Below, one piece after another: positions 1 to 11,234 of a stretch of 64,000 nt of DNA (its first letter is position 1; every line of letters starts with the position of its first letter). The notes under the pieces were generated by a model. It did no database searches. It worked only from the letters and a program-made list of their open reading frames with translations, and was not told where the DNA came from. The position numbers and the translations under genes are program-made. The DNA is from Heterodontus francisci (lineage: Eukaryota), in NCBI RefSeq assembly GCF_036365525.1, contig NC_090408.1, positions 33,596,269-33,660,268 on the forward strand, in the 5' to 3' direction.

Positions 1-891
1 GGACCAACACCCTGTTCATTCACTCCCATCGCTCCACAAATCGGCTAACAGATCATTTAAAACTTACCAAATTAAAGAAAGACCCAGCCAAATTGTACCA
101 TCTATTCACCCCCAAATGAGGCTAACCAAACCAGGTGTCTTTAAATCAACAAATTAACTCTTTAATTAGAACTAAATTCTTAAACACTATGAAGATGTAA
201 CCAACATTTAAAATAGAAAAAATTAGAGTCCTTGCAAATTTACAGTCCAGTGTTGCTTGAAGTCCACACAGAATGTTGCTCGAAGTCCTCACAGTCGCCC
301 GATGTGGGGGAAAAAGGTTCTTCCACAGTAGAACAGTCCGTAGTCTAACTTCAGTCGGTGATGCTTTCCTTCTGCAGCGAATTTCAACAATTAATGACTT
401 TCAAACACTTTCAACAGAATCAATCTGACTTTAGAGTTTTTGAGGGATAAAAGATTGTCACAGTCTAACTTCCCTATCTTCAACTTAAATTACCAGAGAT
501 TTCTGTTTTGGCTTGATGTTAGAATTTTGAGAGATAATAAGTAAACAGACTAAAATCCTCTTCCTTCAGTTTAAATGGTTGTGAGCTCTTTTTCCAGGTG
601 CTGTCATCACAACTGTGTCCTCTGTGTCAGTCTGTGTTAGAACAAACTGTCTTCAACTAAAAGCCAGTTCAAAACTGAATTGTAACAAATGTATCGCATG
701 AAATTCACTCCCAGTGGTTGTATCTAAGGTAACAAGAATGCACCCTTTGAATCGCAGTCTCTAAATGGCTGTTTCTAAGGCAACGAAAATGCACCTTTGT
801 ATAACTCCTGAGGCTTGCTGGTTCTTAAAGCAATACTGATCCCTTGAAAGTCTTAAAGGCAAACCGCATATTCCCGAAAAAAAAAACTACA
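1..891 (-). mobile_element. Probable LTR (partial, runs off window start) inserted into the Harbinger remnant
   Basis: Ends in ...ACA at 891 (TGT on minus strand); short internal tandem duplication (~690-800); abrupt junction with Harbinger sequence. Confidence 0.4.
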
Positions 892-1875
892 GGATCATGA
901 CAAGATGTATGTTCACCTGGGATCCCAAACTCCATGTCTGAAACAGATCATCCTCCCTGACAGCCACGTAGCTCGAGGGCCTCCTCCTCAGCCTGGGATA
1001 GTGGTCGGATGTCCGGCACCCCTCCACCAGTCCTGGAGGACTCCCTAGCATTGTGTGCCCTCTTTGCCTGAAAGAGTAAGGATGCAGATGTATAACATTG
1101 CCAAACAACAACATGGCGTTTTTCACAACAGGAGCGCCTCAACAAAAGGTAGGGGACAATCAGTGTGTCATATGGACTCAGCCTGTCATATAGGTGCCAT
1201 ACTCTGGATGGCAAATGAGGGTTAGTTTTATCACACATGCAGCCACCCATGTGGCATCAATCCTCCCCACCCAGCCTCGCTGTGTTTGATGTGGCAGTGG
1301 TACCCATGTGCCACTCTGTGGGCAAACCCAGGTCAGATGGGGCCGCAAAAGATAGTTCCACTTACTTTTGCTATACGTATGAGAAAGTTCACCCTTTTGC
1401 GGCACAGGACCCAGTCTTGGCGGATGACCCCATGGCAGCTTACCTCTACTGCAATCTGCATCCAGGCTTGCTTGGTCAGGCGGAGGGCCTCTTACAATTG
1501 CTGGGGAAAAGGACCTCCCGCCTTGCCCGTGCAGCCTGGAGGCGAGTTAGCAGGGAGGCATCACTGAACCGTAGGGTCGCCCTTCCTCTCTGCCATCTGC
1601 TGTGCCTTGCTGGGGTATTGGTTTCCAGATGCGGATTAACAGCCGGCTTGTCAGCTTCAGTGCCAAGGTTTTTAAATGGATTTTGTACGGCTGCAAGGCT
1701 GGCTGCCGTTTAAATATGGCACCAACATCTGCTGACTCGTCAACTGACGCCATTGCGGGGTGGGGTGGGTGGCCCGACCCGACCCAACCCAGGCATGCTA
1801 ATGAGCTGCGCGCATAGGATCACGGTGGCTTCACGATGTGCAGTCCACCATTTTTCTCGCCTATAGAATCCAGCC
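892..1875 (-). mobile_element. Decayed PIF/Harbinger transposon end with two-exon Myb/SANT-like (NAIF1-type) gene remnant
   Basis: Minus strand reads LRFSDASLLTRLQAARARREVLFP...TKQAWMQIAVEVS...DWVLCRKRVNFL|gtaagt (donor 1365), then cag|AKRAHNARESSRTGGGVPDIRPLSQAEEEALEL (acceptor 1067). TIR-like GGCTGGATTCTA at 1875. Confidence 0.75.
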
Positions 1876-2284
1876 TGTGGTCTGCAGCCCAGCAATCCAT
1901 GTATAAGTGACATCTTATTGTATAAACCTGTGGTTTTATAGTATTTTTTATATTTGAGTCACTTTAAAACTGATCTGCATCAGCAAGTTTGATCATATCT
2001 GAAATTGTTCGACAGCATTGGCTTAGATTTCTTTTTTCTTGCTGTTGATTGTTTGCTGGTCTTTGACATTCCCATATGAGTTGCCCTTCATGCATAGAAA
2101 GTTTTATAGTTTCTGATATTTAAGAGCAGTGGAGTAGTTGTGATGGTTTTGATTTGTTCCTTTTTTCTTCTCTTTCGTCTTCCTTCTTTCCCGACCCACT
2201 CCCCACCCCCCCTCCCAAATTCCTTAACTGACCAATAGCGCACAAGGGAAACTTCTTTTAAGGTAGCATCTAGAACATGTGGAT

Positions 2285-2415
2285 GAATGAAAGGTCACAT
2301 CTGAAATGTTAATTCTGTTTCTCTCCACAAATGCTGCCAAACCTGCTGTGTATTTCAACACTTTCTGTTCTTCTTTCAAATTTTCAGCATCTGCAGTATT
2401 TTGCTTTTATTTCAG
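2285..2415 (+). repeat. Penelope-like short repeat (degenerate hammerhead-bearing unit)
   Basis: tgaaaggtcacatctgaaatgttaattctg...cagcatctgcagtattttgctttt; same family as 29719-29948, 47771 and 49611. Confidence 0.65.
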
Positions 2416-2494
2416 GTACTTGGGTGCTTGTGGAACACTAACCCTTCAGGAGAGGAGAAAATGGAGAAAAATGTTTTGTGCATTTTATTTTTAG

Positions 2495-2574
2495 ATGTGG
2501 TGAGTGATGGGGAAAGAGAACAGGAGAACATCAATATTACAGAGAAAGCAGCTTTCCACATCAGACAGTTCCAG
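2495..2574 (+). CDS. FANCI: FANCI exon (~ex26) DVVSDGEREQENINITEKAAFHIRQFQ
   Basis: tttag|atgtgg ... ttccag|gtaagt; similar to human ...TAFQIRQFQ. Confidence 0.9.
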
Positions 2575-2762
2575 GTAAGTTTCTTGTGCTTGATGCTGCT
2601 TTTAAATCAGAACTGAGAACCTTTCTGTAGCATTAATTTTGCACCTGCAGTAATCTGTAAGAAATATATCTTGTGTTTCTAATTTATGAGCATGCGATAC
2701 CCCTCTATTCTGCACTCACTGTTCACATTAAGATATGTTCATTCTGATCCATTTGTTGTCAG

Positions 2763-2879
2763 AGATCCCTTGTGACACAACTGAGTGGGGATGAAGAGGA
2801 TTTTAACAGCAAGGAAGCACAGCTTTTAGTGAGCATACTGTCAACAATCTCTCGACTATTAGAACCCACGTCTGAACAA
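2763..2879 (+). CDS. FANCI: FANCI exon (~ex27) [39 protein letters not shown]
   Basis: gtcag|agatcc ... gaacaa|gtatgt; 117 nt; EEDFNSKEA motif. Confidence 0.95.
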
Positions 2880-4493
2880 GTATGTAAACATCAACTCTGA
2901 CAGCTCATTCTAGTTTTTCACCAGTAGAATGCAATGAGTTTGAGAGGCTTAAAAAGCACAATTTTTTTCTCTCTCGTTTTGTGATCAAGGTGAGCGATGT
3001 TACTACTAGGGAATGGAACAGATTCCCACTGTAGGTGTCCAGTGACTGCATCAAGCACTCCTATGTCAGACGTAGCACGGCGAGAGAACGCTTATATTCT
3101 GTATCTACTCTGCCCACCAAATTCTGCATCAGCCCCAACATCAATGGAGTGATCACCCCTTCAAATGTGTTATGCTTTTCTGTCCCCCACAGCAGCCATC
3201 CTAATAGATGCTCTTAGTAATTTTGTCCAGTTGGGGGCAGTTAGTGGTTAAGGACAGTTTGTGCTGTGGCCCCATTGCCATGATGAACTGTACTGAGATT
3301 GATCCAGGCATATTTCACTTAAGCACTGAGCAGATGGAGAAGTTTTTCATCTCATCATTCTGGGTTGGATTTCAACCCTCATGCCAGAGTAAATGGTCAT
3401 AGCATCACCCAGTCAGACAAAGTATATATTCTGTAGAAAAGAATCAGAGATTTTGTAGTTGTGTATGTACTAGATGAGCGTGGGAGATCGGTAATCTCGC
3501 ATCATGTTGCCTCAAGTAAGTTGTGTGCAGCTTTTGTTCTCTGTTAAGTGATAAGTAACAGATTGTATAAAAGCTGTTTCCGATGTTTCGAAAAGAAACC
3601 TATTTAATGTTGATGGGCTGAAGTCAAGCTTGTTAACTTACTAAAGTAAATGGATGTAGCAGCATCCATATTAATTATGTATCTTTCTATTGCCTATACT
3701 GATAAAACTAGTTTCATAAGGCAGGAACAGCCCTGTCTTCCAATTGAGTTCCCTGGTTCTCCCTGCATGTAGAAGGCCCAACGCTTTGTTAATGGAGGTA
3801 CATCAGGTAGGGAGGGAGAAATTTGAAGCAGGTGAAACTGAAGGGAAAGAACAACTCCTTGTCTATTTGGCTGATGTCTTCACGTGCTCTGCATGCTTAC
3901 CAATTTCTAGTAACATTCTGCTGCCCAAGGGCCAGAGGGCTGGTGATCACTTTGGCATAGTCTGCCATCTGTTAACCAGTGTAGAGTGTTACTGACTGTA
4001 ATTGTTGTGAAACTTGTCCCCCAGGCTGTCTTGCTCTTCTGTGTGGAAAATTGCTATAATGTTGCATAGATGTTTAAAACAACAAAAAAAGCTATTCTTT
4101 TTTTTAAAATCGGATAATATACAGAGAAGAAAGTAACTTGGAAAATCAGACAGGTACTTAAGAAACATAGCATAATGACACAGTGAACAATTTCACAAAA
4201 GTAGTCACGATAGAGGTATTCTTGGAATAGCAACACTGATTATATCCCTTTCTTTACATTAAATATGTTACTATGGCAATGCCAGTTTTCTTTGGCAGGC
4301 TGTTAGTTTTATCATATTGGAACAGAAAAGGGTAAAAAGATTGTGTTTTTATTTTAATTAAATGTGTGCAAGTTCATTTGTAATCCAAAAATTTATTTCC
4401 TATCTTAATTTGTGAGGTGAAAAATGTAGTGCTGGTATCAGCTGAAAGTGCATGATTTGATCTACCATTAATTTATTGTGTTTTTATTGATAG

Positions 4494-4545
4494 TTTGGTC
4501 AAATGTTAACATGGACAGTAAAGATTTGCAAGGAAAATAACCTAG
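4494..4545 (+). CDS. FANCI: FANCI exon (~ex28) FGQMLTWTVKICKENNL
   Basis: gatag|tttggt ... cctag|gtaagt; 52 nt. Confidence 0.93.
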
Positions 4546-5066
4546 GTAAGTATAATTCAAGCACAGACCTGAGATTCATAATATTTAGAGATAAAATGGA
4601 AAATGCTGGAAATGAACAATAGGTCCTCAGCATATCGAAGAGAAAAGACAGGTAATGTTTCAATTGTGACATTGCATTAGACCCCAAAGCAAACTTGCAA
4701 AAAATTGTCCATAGTATGTTGTCTATTAAATATAGATTTTTAAGATTAGATTTATAAAGGTTTTTCTAGAAATAATAGTAAAGAGTAAATGCAATTTATT
4801 CATAAGAACTGAATTTTTCTGGTTCCTGACATTAGGAGATCAGTAACGGCTGTGTTCTGTTAGGAGGCAGGTGCATGTTGGACTTGCAGCACATTATCTG
4901 TTTCAAAAAGAAACAGTTGGGGATTTTAGTTTCAAAATGAATGTCAAATGAAACAAAATATTAGATCTATTGCTAAAACTTTATGCTGCCTTCAAATGTT
5001 TCTCTGATCAGCACCTCCTAAGTGGGCATGGTATAATACTGTATAAACATGTTGTTGGCTTCACAG

Positions 5067-5194
5067 AAGATGTGCATTTCTGCAAAGGTGTGATGAGTAT
5101 GATGTTCAGTCTGCATGTGCTGCACAAGAGTCCAGTGAGCTTGCTACAAGAGATGTCTCGAGATGTCCACAGTCGCCTGGGGGATATTGATCAA
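5067..5194 (+). CDS. FANCI: FANCI exon (~ex29) [43 protein letters not shown]
   Basis: cacag|aagatg ... gatcaa|gtaaga; 128 nt; LGDIDQ motif. Confidence 0.95.
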
Positions 5195-5318
5195 GTAAGA
5201 ACCCTGCGCAAGGAAATATGGGACATAACTAGATAATTTTGCCGTTTTTCATCCTGTGTAATAAGCACAATCTGTACTATCCAGGACTTGAGATCACAAG
5301 GGAGCAGACTTACCTTAT

Positions 5319-6135
5319 GGGCAGGATACGACGGGCAGACGGGAGCTGGCCACCGACGTAAAAGTCGGCGAACCCGCAAGCGCCCAGCCTGGGGATCTGA
5401 CCGCATTTTACGGGTCCCCGGGCTTTAATTGTTCAGTGGCGGGACTTCCATCTGCTTGAGGGAGGAAGTTCTGCCTCATTGAGCTGCTGGCCAATCATTG
5501 GACCGGCAGCTCTCAATCCCAGCAGCACCACCAGGAGCAGTGAACACTGCTGGGAGTGCATCCCAGCCGAGGACACGGAGCCAGGACTGAGGTAAGTTTA
5601 GTTTGCCTTGCCGGACAGATCAGTCGCGGCCCGGCGAGGCAAGGGTGGCCATTTGTGGGGAAGTGGGGGGCGTCTCGACTTCTGGAGTGATTGGGGAAGC
5701 GGGCACAGCTCTCAATCAGGCACCTGATTGTCAAGCCCCCCACCGCCCCCCGGTGCCCTGGAAGGCCTCCAGGTATCACTGGGCAGCCTTTCACGTCTAC
5801 TGGACGCCCGCTTGCCACTTGTAGAATACCGAAGGTGATGGGAAAAGGCCCTTAGGTGGCCGTTAAGTGGCCACTTAAGGACGGCCACCTAGGGGCCTCG
5901 ATTGGCCTGGGGCAGGCGGCCCGTTTCACCCTCCCCCACCCCCCGTGGCCCACGTAAAGTAGACCTTCTCGAGGGCAATTAGGGATGGGCAATAAATGCT
6001 GGCCTGGCCAGCGGCGCCTACATCCCATGAATGAATTTTTTAAAAAAAGAGTGAGCCAGGAAGGCCTCCCACTCCACTTTACACCCCCCCGCCTGGCCAC
6101 CATCTGGCTCGCTGGGGTGGCCTGAAATTCCAGCC
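5319..6135. mobile_element. GC-rich Harbinger-type MITE containing a LINE 3' tail insertion (~5963-6048)
   Basis: Imperfect TIRs GGGCAGGAT / GGCTGGAATTT; TAT 3-bp duplication on both sides; internal similarity to 45525-46098. Confidence 0.7.
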
Positions 6136-7638
6136 TATGTCACACATGGTTCCATTTCAATGAAACCTCTTATTTTGCAGGAAATCAGAAAGGTAGCTTT
6201 CACACTGTTGTCACCAAAAATATTTTGCAATGCATGCAGTAATGTAGTTTGTATTAGAAATTAATACTGATGTCTAACTTGGCAAATTCTTACCTCAAGT
6301 TTAGCAAATAATTAACCAAGTAACATGATTCAGAATGTACAGATGTAAGAGCAGACCACGATTCACATCCCATTTATCAGGAGAGCCACTTGGATGTCAA
6401 TCTTGGCCCACATCTCCTGATTATGTACGTGGATTTTAGTTATGGGTTTTACTATGAGTCAGTGCTTTATGTACAGAAGTACTGGGCTTTTGATGTCCAA
6501 TACTAAATCAGTCACCTGTAAGTCTGGGAAAGTGGTCAACATAGGGAGGTTATTGATTTGGAGGAACTTGTCCATATTCCAGCAATCCTCAATTGAATAC
6601 CCAGTGTGTTTATATTTGGGTGTCATTGGAGAGAGTGTGGCATATTCTAAGGCATTGTAAGCGAGCTTATATAAAGAGAGCATCCTTGTTTACTCACCGT
6701 TGGTCTTATTTGTCTGTGAGCCGATGGATGTATTAGCCGTTGTAGCATTAGTTGGCAAGATCAACTTGAGCTAATTCTCCTATAGTGTAATGGCTGATGC
6801 AACTCATCCTACAGCTAATGCTGGTATGCAAATGTAGCATAAAAATAAATCTTTTGGCAAGATATCTACTGAGGTTCAAATTTGAATTCCTGTAGGAATC
6901 TTTCCAGTATCAGAAAAAATTATATTTTATCTTCTACTTCTGCCACATCATGACTGCAGTACACTGTTTAGTTTGACTTCAGTTCAGATGCAGTAGTATT
7001 TTCATTGCTCAGTAGTGCCTGACTGATTAATTGCCCTGGTTGTTCTGATCGGGGAGTTAACAGTGGGATATCTGGGGTCCAAGTGAAAGATCACAGTAAA
7101 GGAGGCTGTCCACTTAAAGTGCTTTTCCATTGGTGCTTATTCAGTTTGGATGGTGGGAGAGTGGCATCCAAGTGTTGACCTCCTCTATTTACATTGCTAA
7201 GCCCAACTGCCTTGAAGTCATAGCAGAATCAGAAGTCCACATTTGGAGCTATGATTACCAGTGTTACAGTACAAAGCGAATTAAACGAGCCACTTCAGAG
7301 GGGTTGGAACTAAAAGAAGTGGTTGACTTCTTCGATAGAACATTGGTTGAGAGAAATACTATAAGCTTTTATATATTTTAAATTGGGACATGGGCAGGAA
7401 AAAAGCAAGTCAAATAGAGTTCCAAGTGTACTTATTTGTTGGTGAAAGAAAAGTATGGTCGTTGCATGCCTTATCAGTTGCATAGTATGTGCCAACACAA
7501 GTATTCACACAGATAATTGGTCTGAAGGTAATTCAATGCTTTATCTGGAGTTGTTGGTAGATTAATATATAGTGCATGAATCAAGACTTTTTTTGAGGAG
7601 GTTTGTAGAAATTTAAATTTGCAGAAGTAGTTGCCCAC

Positions 7639-8619
7639 TGTCATGACCAGGTGACAAAGGTGTCTAGGAGTCCCTCTCAGTCTTCACCTGGTCTTACCGT
7701 AACAGGGTTTAATTTTAAACACACTGTTTTTAGCTCCCCCTTGGTGAATTCTTGTTCACCGCTTTCCAATTATAAGGCAAAGAAACCAGCACAAACAGGC
7801 TTTCTTAGGTTTAAAGAAGAAAAGTTGAAATTTATTAAACTTAAACTCTAATTTGGTTAACACCGCATGACGTGCCCATGCTAGCATGCATACGCGATAC
7901 ACACATGCAAATAGAGACAGAAAAGAGCAGAAGAAATAAAGTGGACAAGTTTGAGGCAATATCTGAAGAGTTTTTGTTACGGGTCTTCGAGCTCATTGTA
8001 GAGTCCTCGATTGTAGGTAGATCTTGCTTTTCGTTGGGGCCCAGTATTATTCTTAAACCTTCTTCACTGTTGGATACCTTTCTCTCTTGGGGTTCATGTG
8101 TCTTCAGTAGATTCAGAGGCTTGTGAGAAAGAGATGGGAGCAAGCAGACAGGAGAGATCTTCTCAGTCCAGGAGCATTCTGCTTTCTGCCCAGACTGTTT
8201 GTATAGATGCAAAAAATTCAAGTTGCCCAGCAGGTTAGTCATGTGACTAGCTGGTTTGATCATGTCCGTTTGTGTATTCGGCCATCTTGGCAGTCAACCT
8301 GGAATGCGAGCTCCCCACTATCAATGTCTGGTGATCAAAAGTCTATTGTGGGTTGAATGTGTCCTTTGTCCTTTCCAAACACTGTCTGTTAATATGCAAA
8401 TATCTTTCCAGCCAAGGGTCCATTGCGGGTTGAAGGTGTCAGGGAATGGCTGCTTTGTCCTTCCAAACACTGTCTGTTAATATGCAAATTTATTTCCAGC
8501 CAAGATCTGCCAATTTTTTAGAGCAAGTCCTTTCTTCACTTCAACAACAGTTTGAAATTTAATGTCCATGTGGCAAAATGAATATGCCTCATGCTTGGCA
8601 GGTGGGGGCCTGCATGACA
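7639..8619 (-). mobile_element. Solo LTR (family A, copy 1)
   Basis: TGTCATG...CATGACA termini; ccac/ctac 4-bp flanks; AATAAA on minus strand at 7831-7836; homologous to 52539-53639 and 59203-60077. Confidence 0.85.
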
Positions 8620-9364
8620 CTACCTAAAAATATACAATGGTTTGAATAAATCCAGTGTGTTGTAAAAATTACTGCATCTAAGCAAGTACACAACCATTAT
8701 GCATTCTGGTACATACACTTTTCAGTTCATACTTTATACTTCAGAAAAAAATTTATTGTATGTATTAATGAAAATGTTAAAACTGTTGAATTACAGTAAC
8801 TTACATTGTGAACTGGGAATTAACCTCATTAAATATAACTGCATCCTATAGACCCGGCAATGATGATGAGATTGACACCAAAGGAAATGTCATATTGTTG
8901 CATGAAGCAGTTGGGTGAAGTGTTTTAGGACTGAAATTAAGGAATGCAAGTTTAGTATACTGAACAAAATTCAACCTCTCTTGAAAGCTGTAACAAGATC
9001 AACATATGCCAAATGACCAACTCTAACTTTAGAATGATAAAACTGCACCAAATGCTTTGACGTCCTTCTTATTAATGTTTGATTGTGCCGGCTGACTAAG
9101 CTATGTCCAACTAAGGAAAGGAATGTACGTAATTTACAAATAGCTACAGAAACTGTAAGGAAACCTCTTTTCACCAAGAAAAGTTTAACATTGGTACACT
9201 GAACAAGTGCTTTGGCTAATAGATTTTCAAACTGTTGTCTCTGGACGCAAGAGTTTGTAATCATCAGATTTCTGTCATTCACTTGATTTTGTACTTTTCT
9301 GTGTCTGTTACTTTATTAGTATATTTTTACTACAGTTGATTTTGCTCAGCTAGCTCTCAGGCAT

Positions 9365-9505
9365 GTTTAGTAGTAGGCATCCACCCGTCTCGGAAGACTG
9401 CGCCCAGGGTGTATGTCACTTTTTGAGTTGAACATCGTCTGTTGTGGCTGTGGAAGCCGACTCATGAGCGGCAATCCCTTCCACAGCTGGCAGATATGAA
9501 TATCA
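9365..9505 (-). mobile_element. RTE-clade LINE 3' end fragment (old)
   Basis: Minus strand reads ...SCGRDCRS*VGFHSHNRRC followed by a (CTA)n tail. Confidence 0.6.
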
Positions 9506-10509
9506 TTGGCCCTGTTTAGAAGCCCACCAAACAGCTAGATATTGAATACCAGGTAGAATTAGGGCCACCTGTTTGAAGTGAGGTTAGATATGATTTAGTT
9601 TTACTTTTCTCAGAGGGTGAATGACATGTGCAATCAGTAACCAGGCTCCAGACTACCAATAAGCAACACTGTGATAGATCTACCAATAACAAAATAAACT
9701 ACTCCATGCTTCTATGTGTCAATATCACTGTATCTGTTAAACTGTTAATATTGCTTGTTATGACTTTTACAAATGATAATGCAAGATAAACAGGTTAAGA
9801 CAAACCTTTCAAAGTTCATAACTTTCTGTCTAATTTGCTGGTTCATGATGTTTTCAATGCTTTGTGAATAGTACTCAAACAAAGCTGTTGAGATGTTCTA
9901 GCCAACCACATTCATTCCTAGAAAGATCAGCCAGTTAGTCATCCGCAGTGCAGCTGCACTTCCTTCACTTAACTGGTTATACAGTCTCCTACCTCAAATG
10001 TACGCAGTTTATTGTGATGTCTGATCTCTCTGATATTCAGTGTGAGGGTGAGGCTTGCCCTGTGATGCTACGGTTTTGCCCATGCAATTAAAGGGGCCTC
10101 ACCTTGATAAAAGTGTTTGGCAAAAACCCTTGGATTTTACTTAGGTTATAGTGGCTTAATGCACTAGATTGCAATAACAGGTTTCCAAGTGGTTATGACC
10201 CAGAGAACAGTGTACATGGGTGATGAGCAGTGGTGAGATTATTTGCTTTCTACCCATTATGTTAAGTAATTGTATACATTTGCAGCAACAGGAGTAGACC
10301 ATTCAGACCCTTGAGCCTGCTCCACCATTTATGTCCTCGATGTCTAAGTTCATCAACATAGGAACAGGAGTAGGTCATTCAGCCCATTCCAGCTTTTGGT
10401 TAGACCGTGGTAACCTTTTTACTCTTTCAAATTCCTGATTTTGGACACCTGGATTAAATGTTCTCTTAACCTCTGCTGTAAGGAGAACAACCCCAGCTTC
10501 TCCACTCTC

Positions 10510-10900
10510 CTTAGAGTGCTGCCAGCTGAGCCATGGTTGAACTAAAGGTTACATAAACTTAGCTTGCATTCCTTTTGAGTTTAGGCGATTGAGCAGTGAT
10601 CTAATTGAGGTGTTCAAAATGATAAAAGTATTCCAAAGGGTAGATCCAGATAAACTCTTTCCTCTGGTGGGCAAGTATAGAATAAGGGAGCATAATCTTA
10701 AAAAATTAACAACTAGCCCATTTGAGAATGGAATCAAAAAACACTTCTTCATGCAAAAGGTAGTTAAAATCTGGAATTCCCTCTCCAAAAAGGCAGTGGA
10801 TGCTGGGTCAACTGAATCTTTCAAGACCAAAATCAGTAGATTTTTGTTGGGTTTAGGGGATATTCATAGGTGAGTGGAGTTGAAGTATAAATCAGCCATC
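10510..10900 (+). mobile_element. CR1 LINE 3' fragment
   Basis: ORF 10589-10873 DLIEVFKMIK...FFMQKVVKIWNSL, the CR1 ORF2 C-terminus. Confidence 0.85.
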
Positions 10901-10904
10901 ACAG

Positions 10905-11230
10905 CTGTGCTTACTGGCTACCACTACTGGCTGCTGACCCAACAACACCTTGATTTTAAATATCCCATCCTTGTTTTCAAATGTCTTCATTTGAAGGCCC
11001 CGTGCTATCCTCCAGCCCTACAACCTTCTGAGACCTCTGTTCCTCTCTAATTCTGGGTTCTTGCACATCCCTGATTTTAATTGCCCCACCATCAGTGCCC
11101 ATTCCTTTCATTGCCTAGTTCTCTAAGTTCTGGAATTCTCTCCTTAAACTTCACCACCTCTCTACCTGCCTCTCCTTTAAGGTGCTCCTTTAAAATCTAC
11201 TGCAGACCAAGCTTTTGGTCACCTGTTCTC
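10905..11230 (+). mobile_element. L2-type LINE 3' fragment
   Basis: ttttaaatatcccatccttgttttcaaa...ctggaattctctcc...ccaagcttttggtcacctg; same family as 43560, 49110, 50630 and 63535. Confidence 0.7.
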
Positions 11231-11234
11231 ACCT

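Noticed and set aside
1237-1713. 158-aa plus-strand ORF
   Set aside because: Antisense shadow of the GC-rich Harbinger Myb remnant; no recognisable protein features.
6459-6683. 74-aa ORF MLSLYKLAYNALEYATLSP...
   Set aside because: Resembles a decayed LINE RT C-terminus (LYK...LEYA); no splice or gene context.
7841-8263. 140-aa ORF shared in part with the ORF at 59611-59892
   Set aside because: Similarity comes from two copies of the same LTR; frame and length are not preserved in copy 3.
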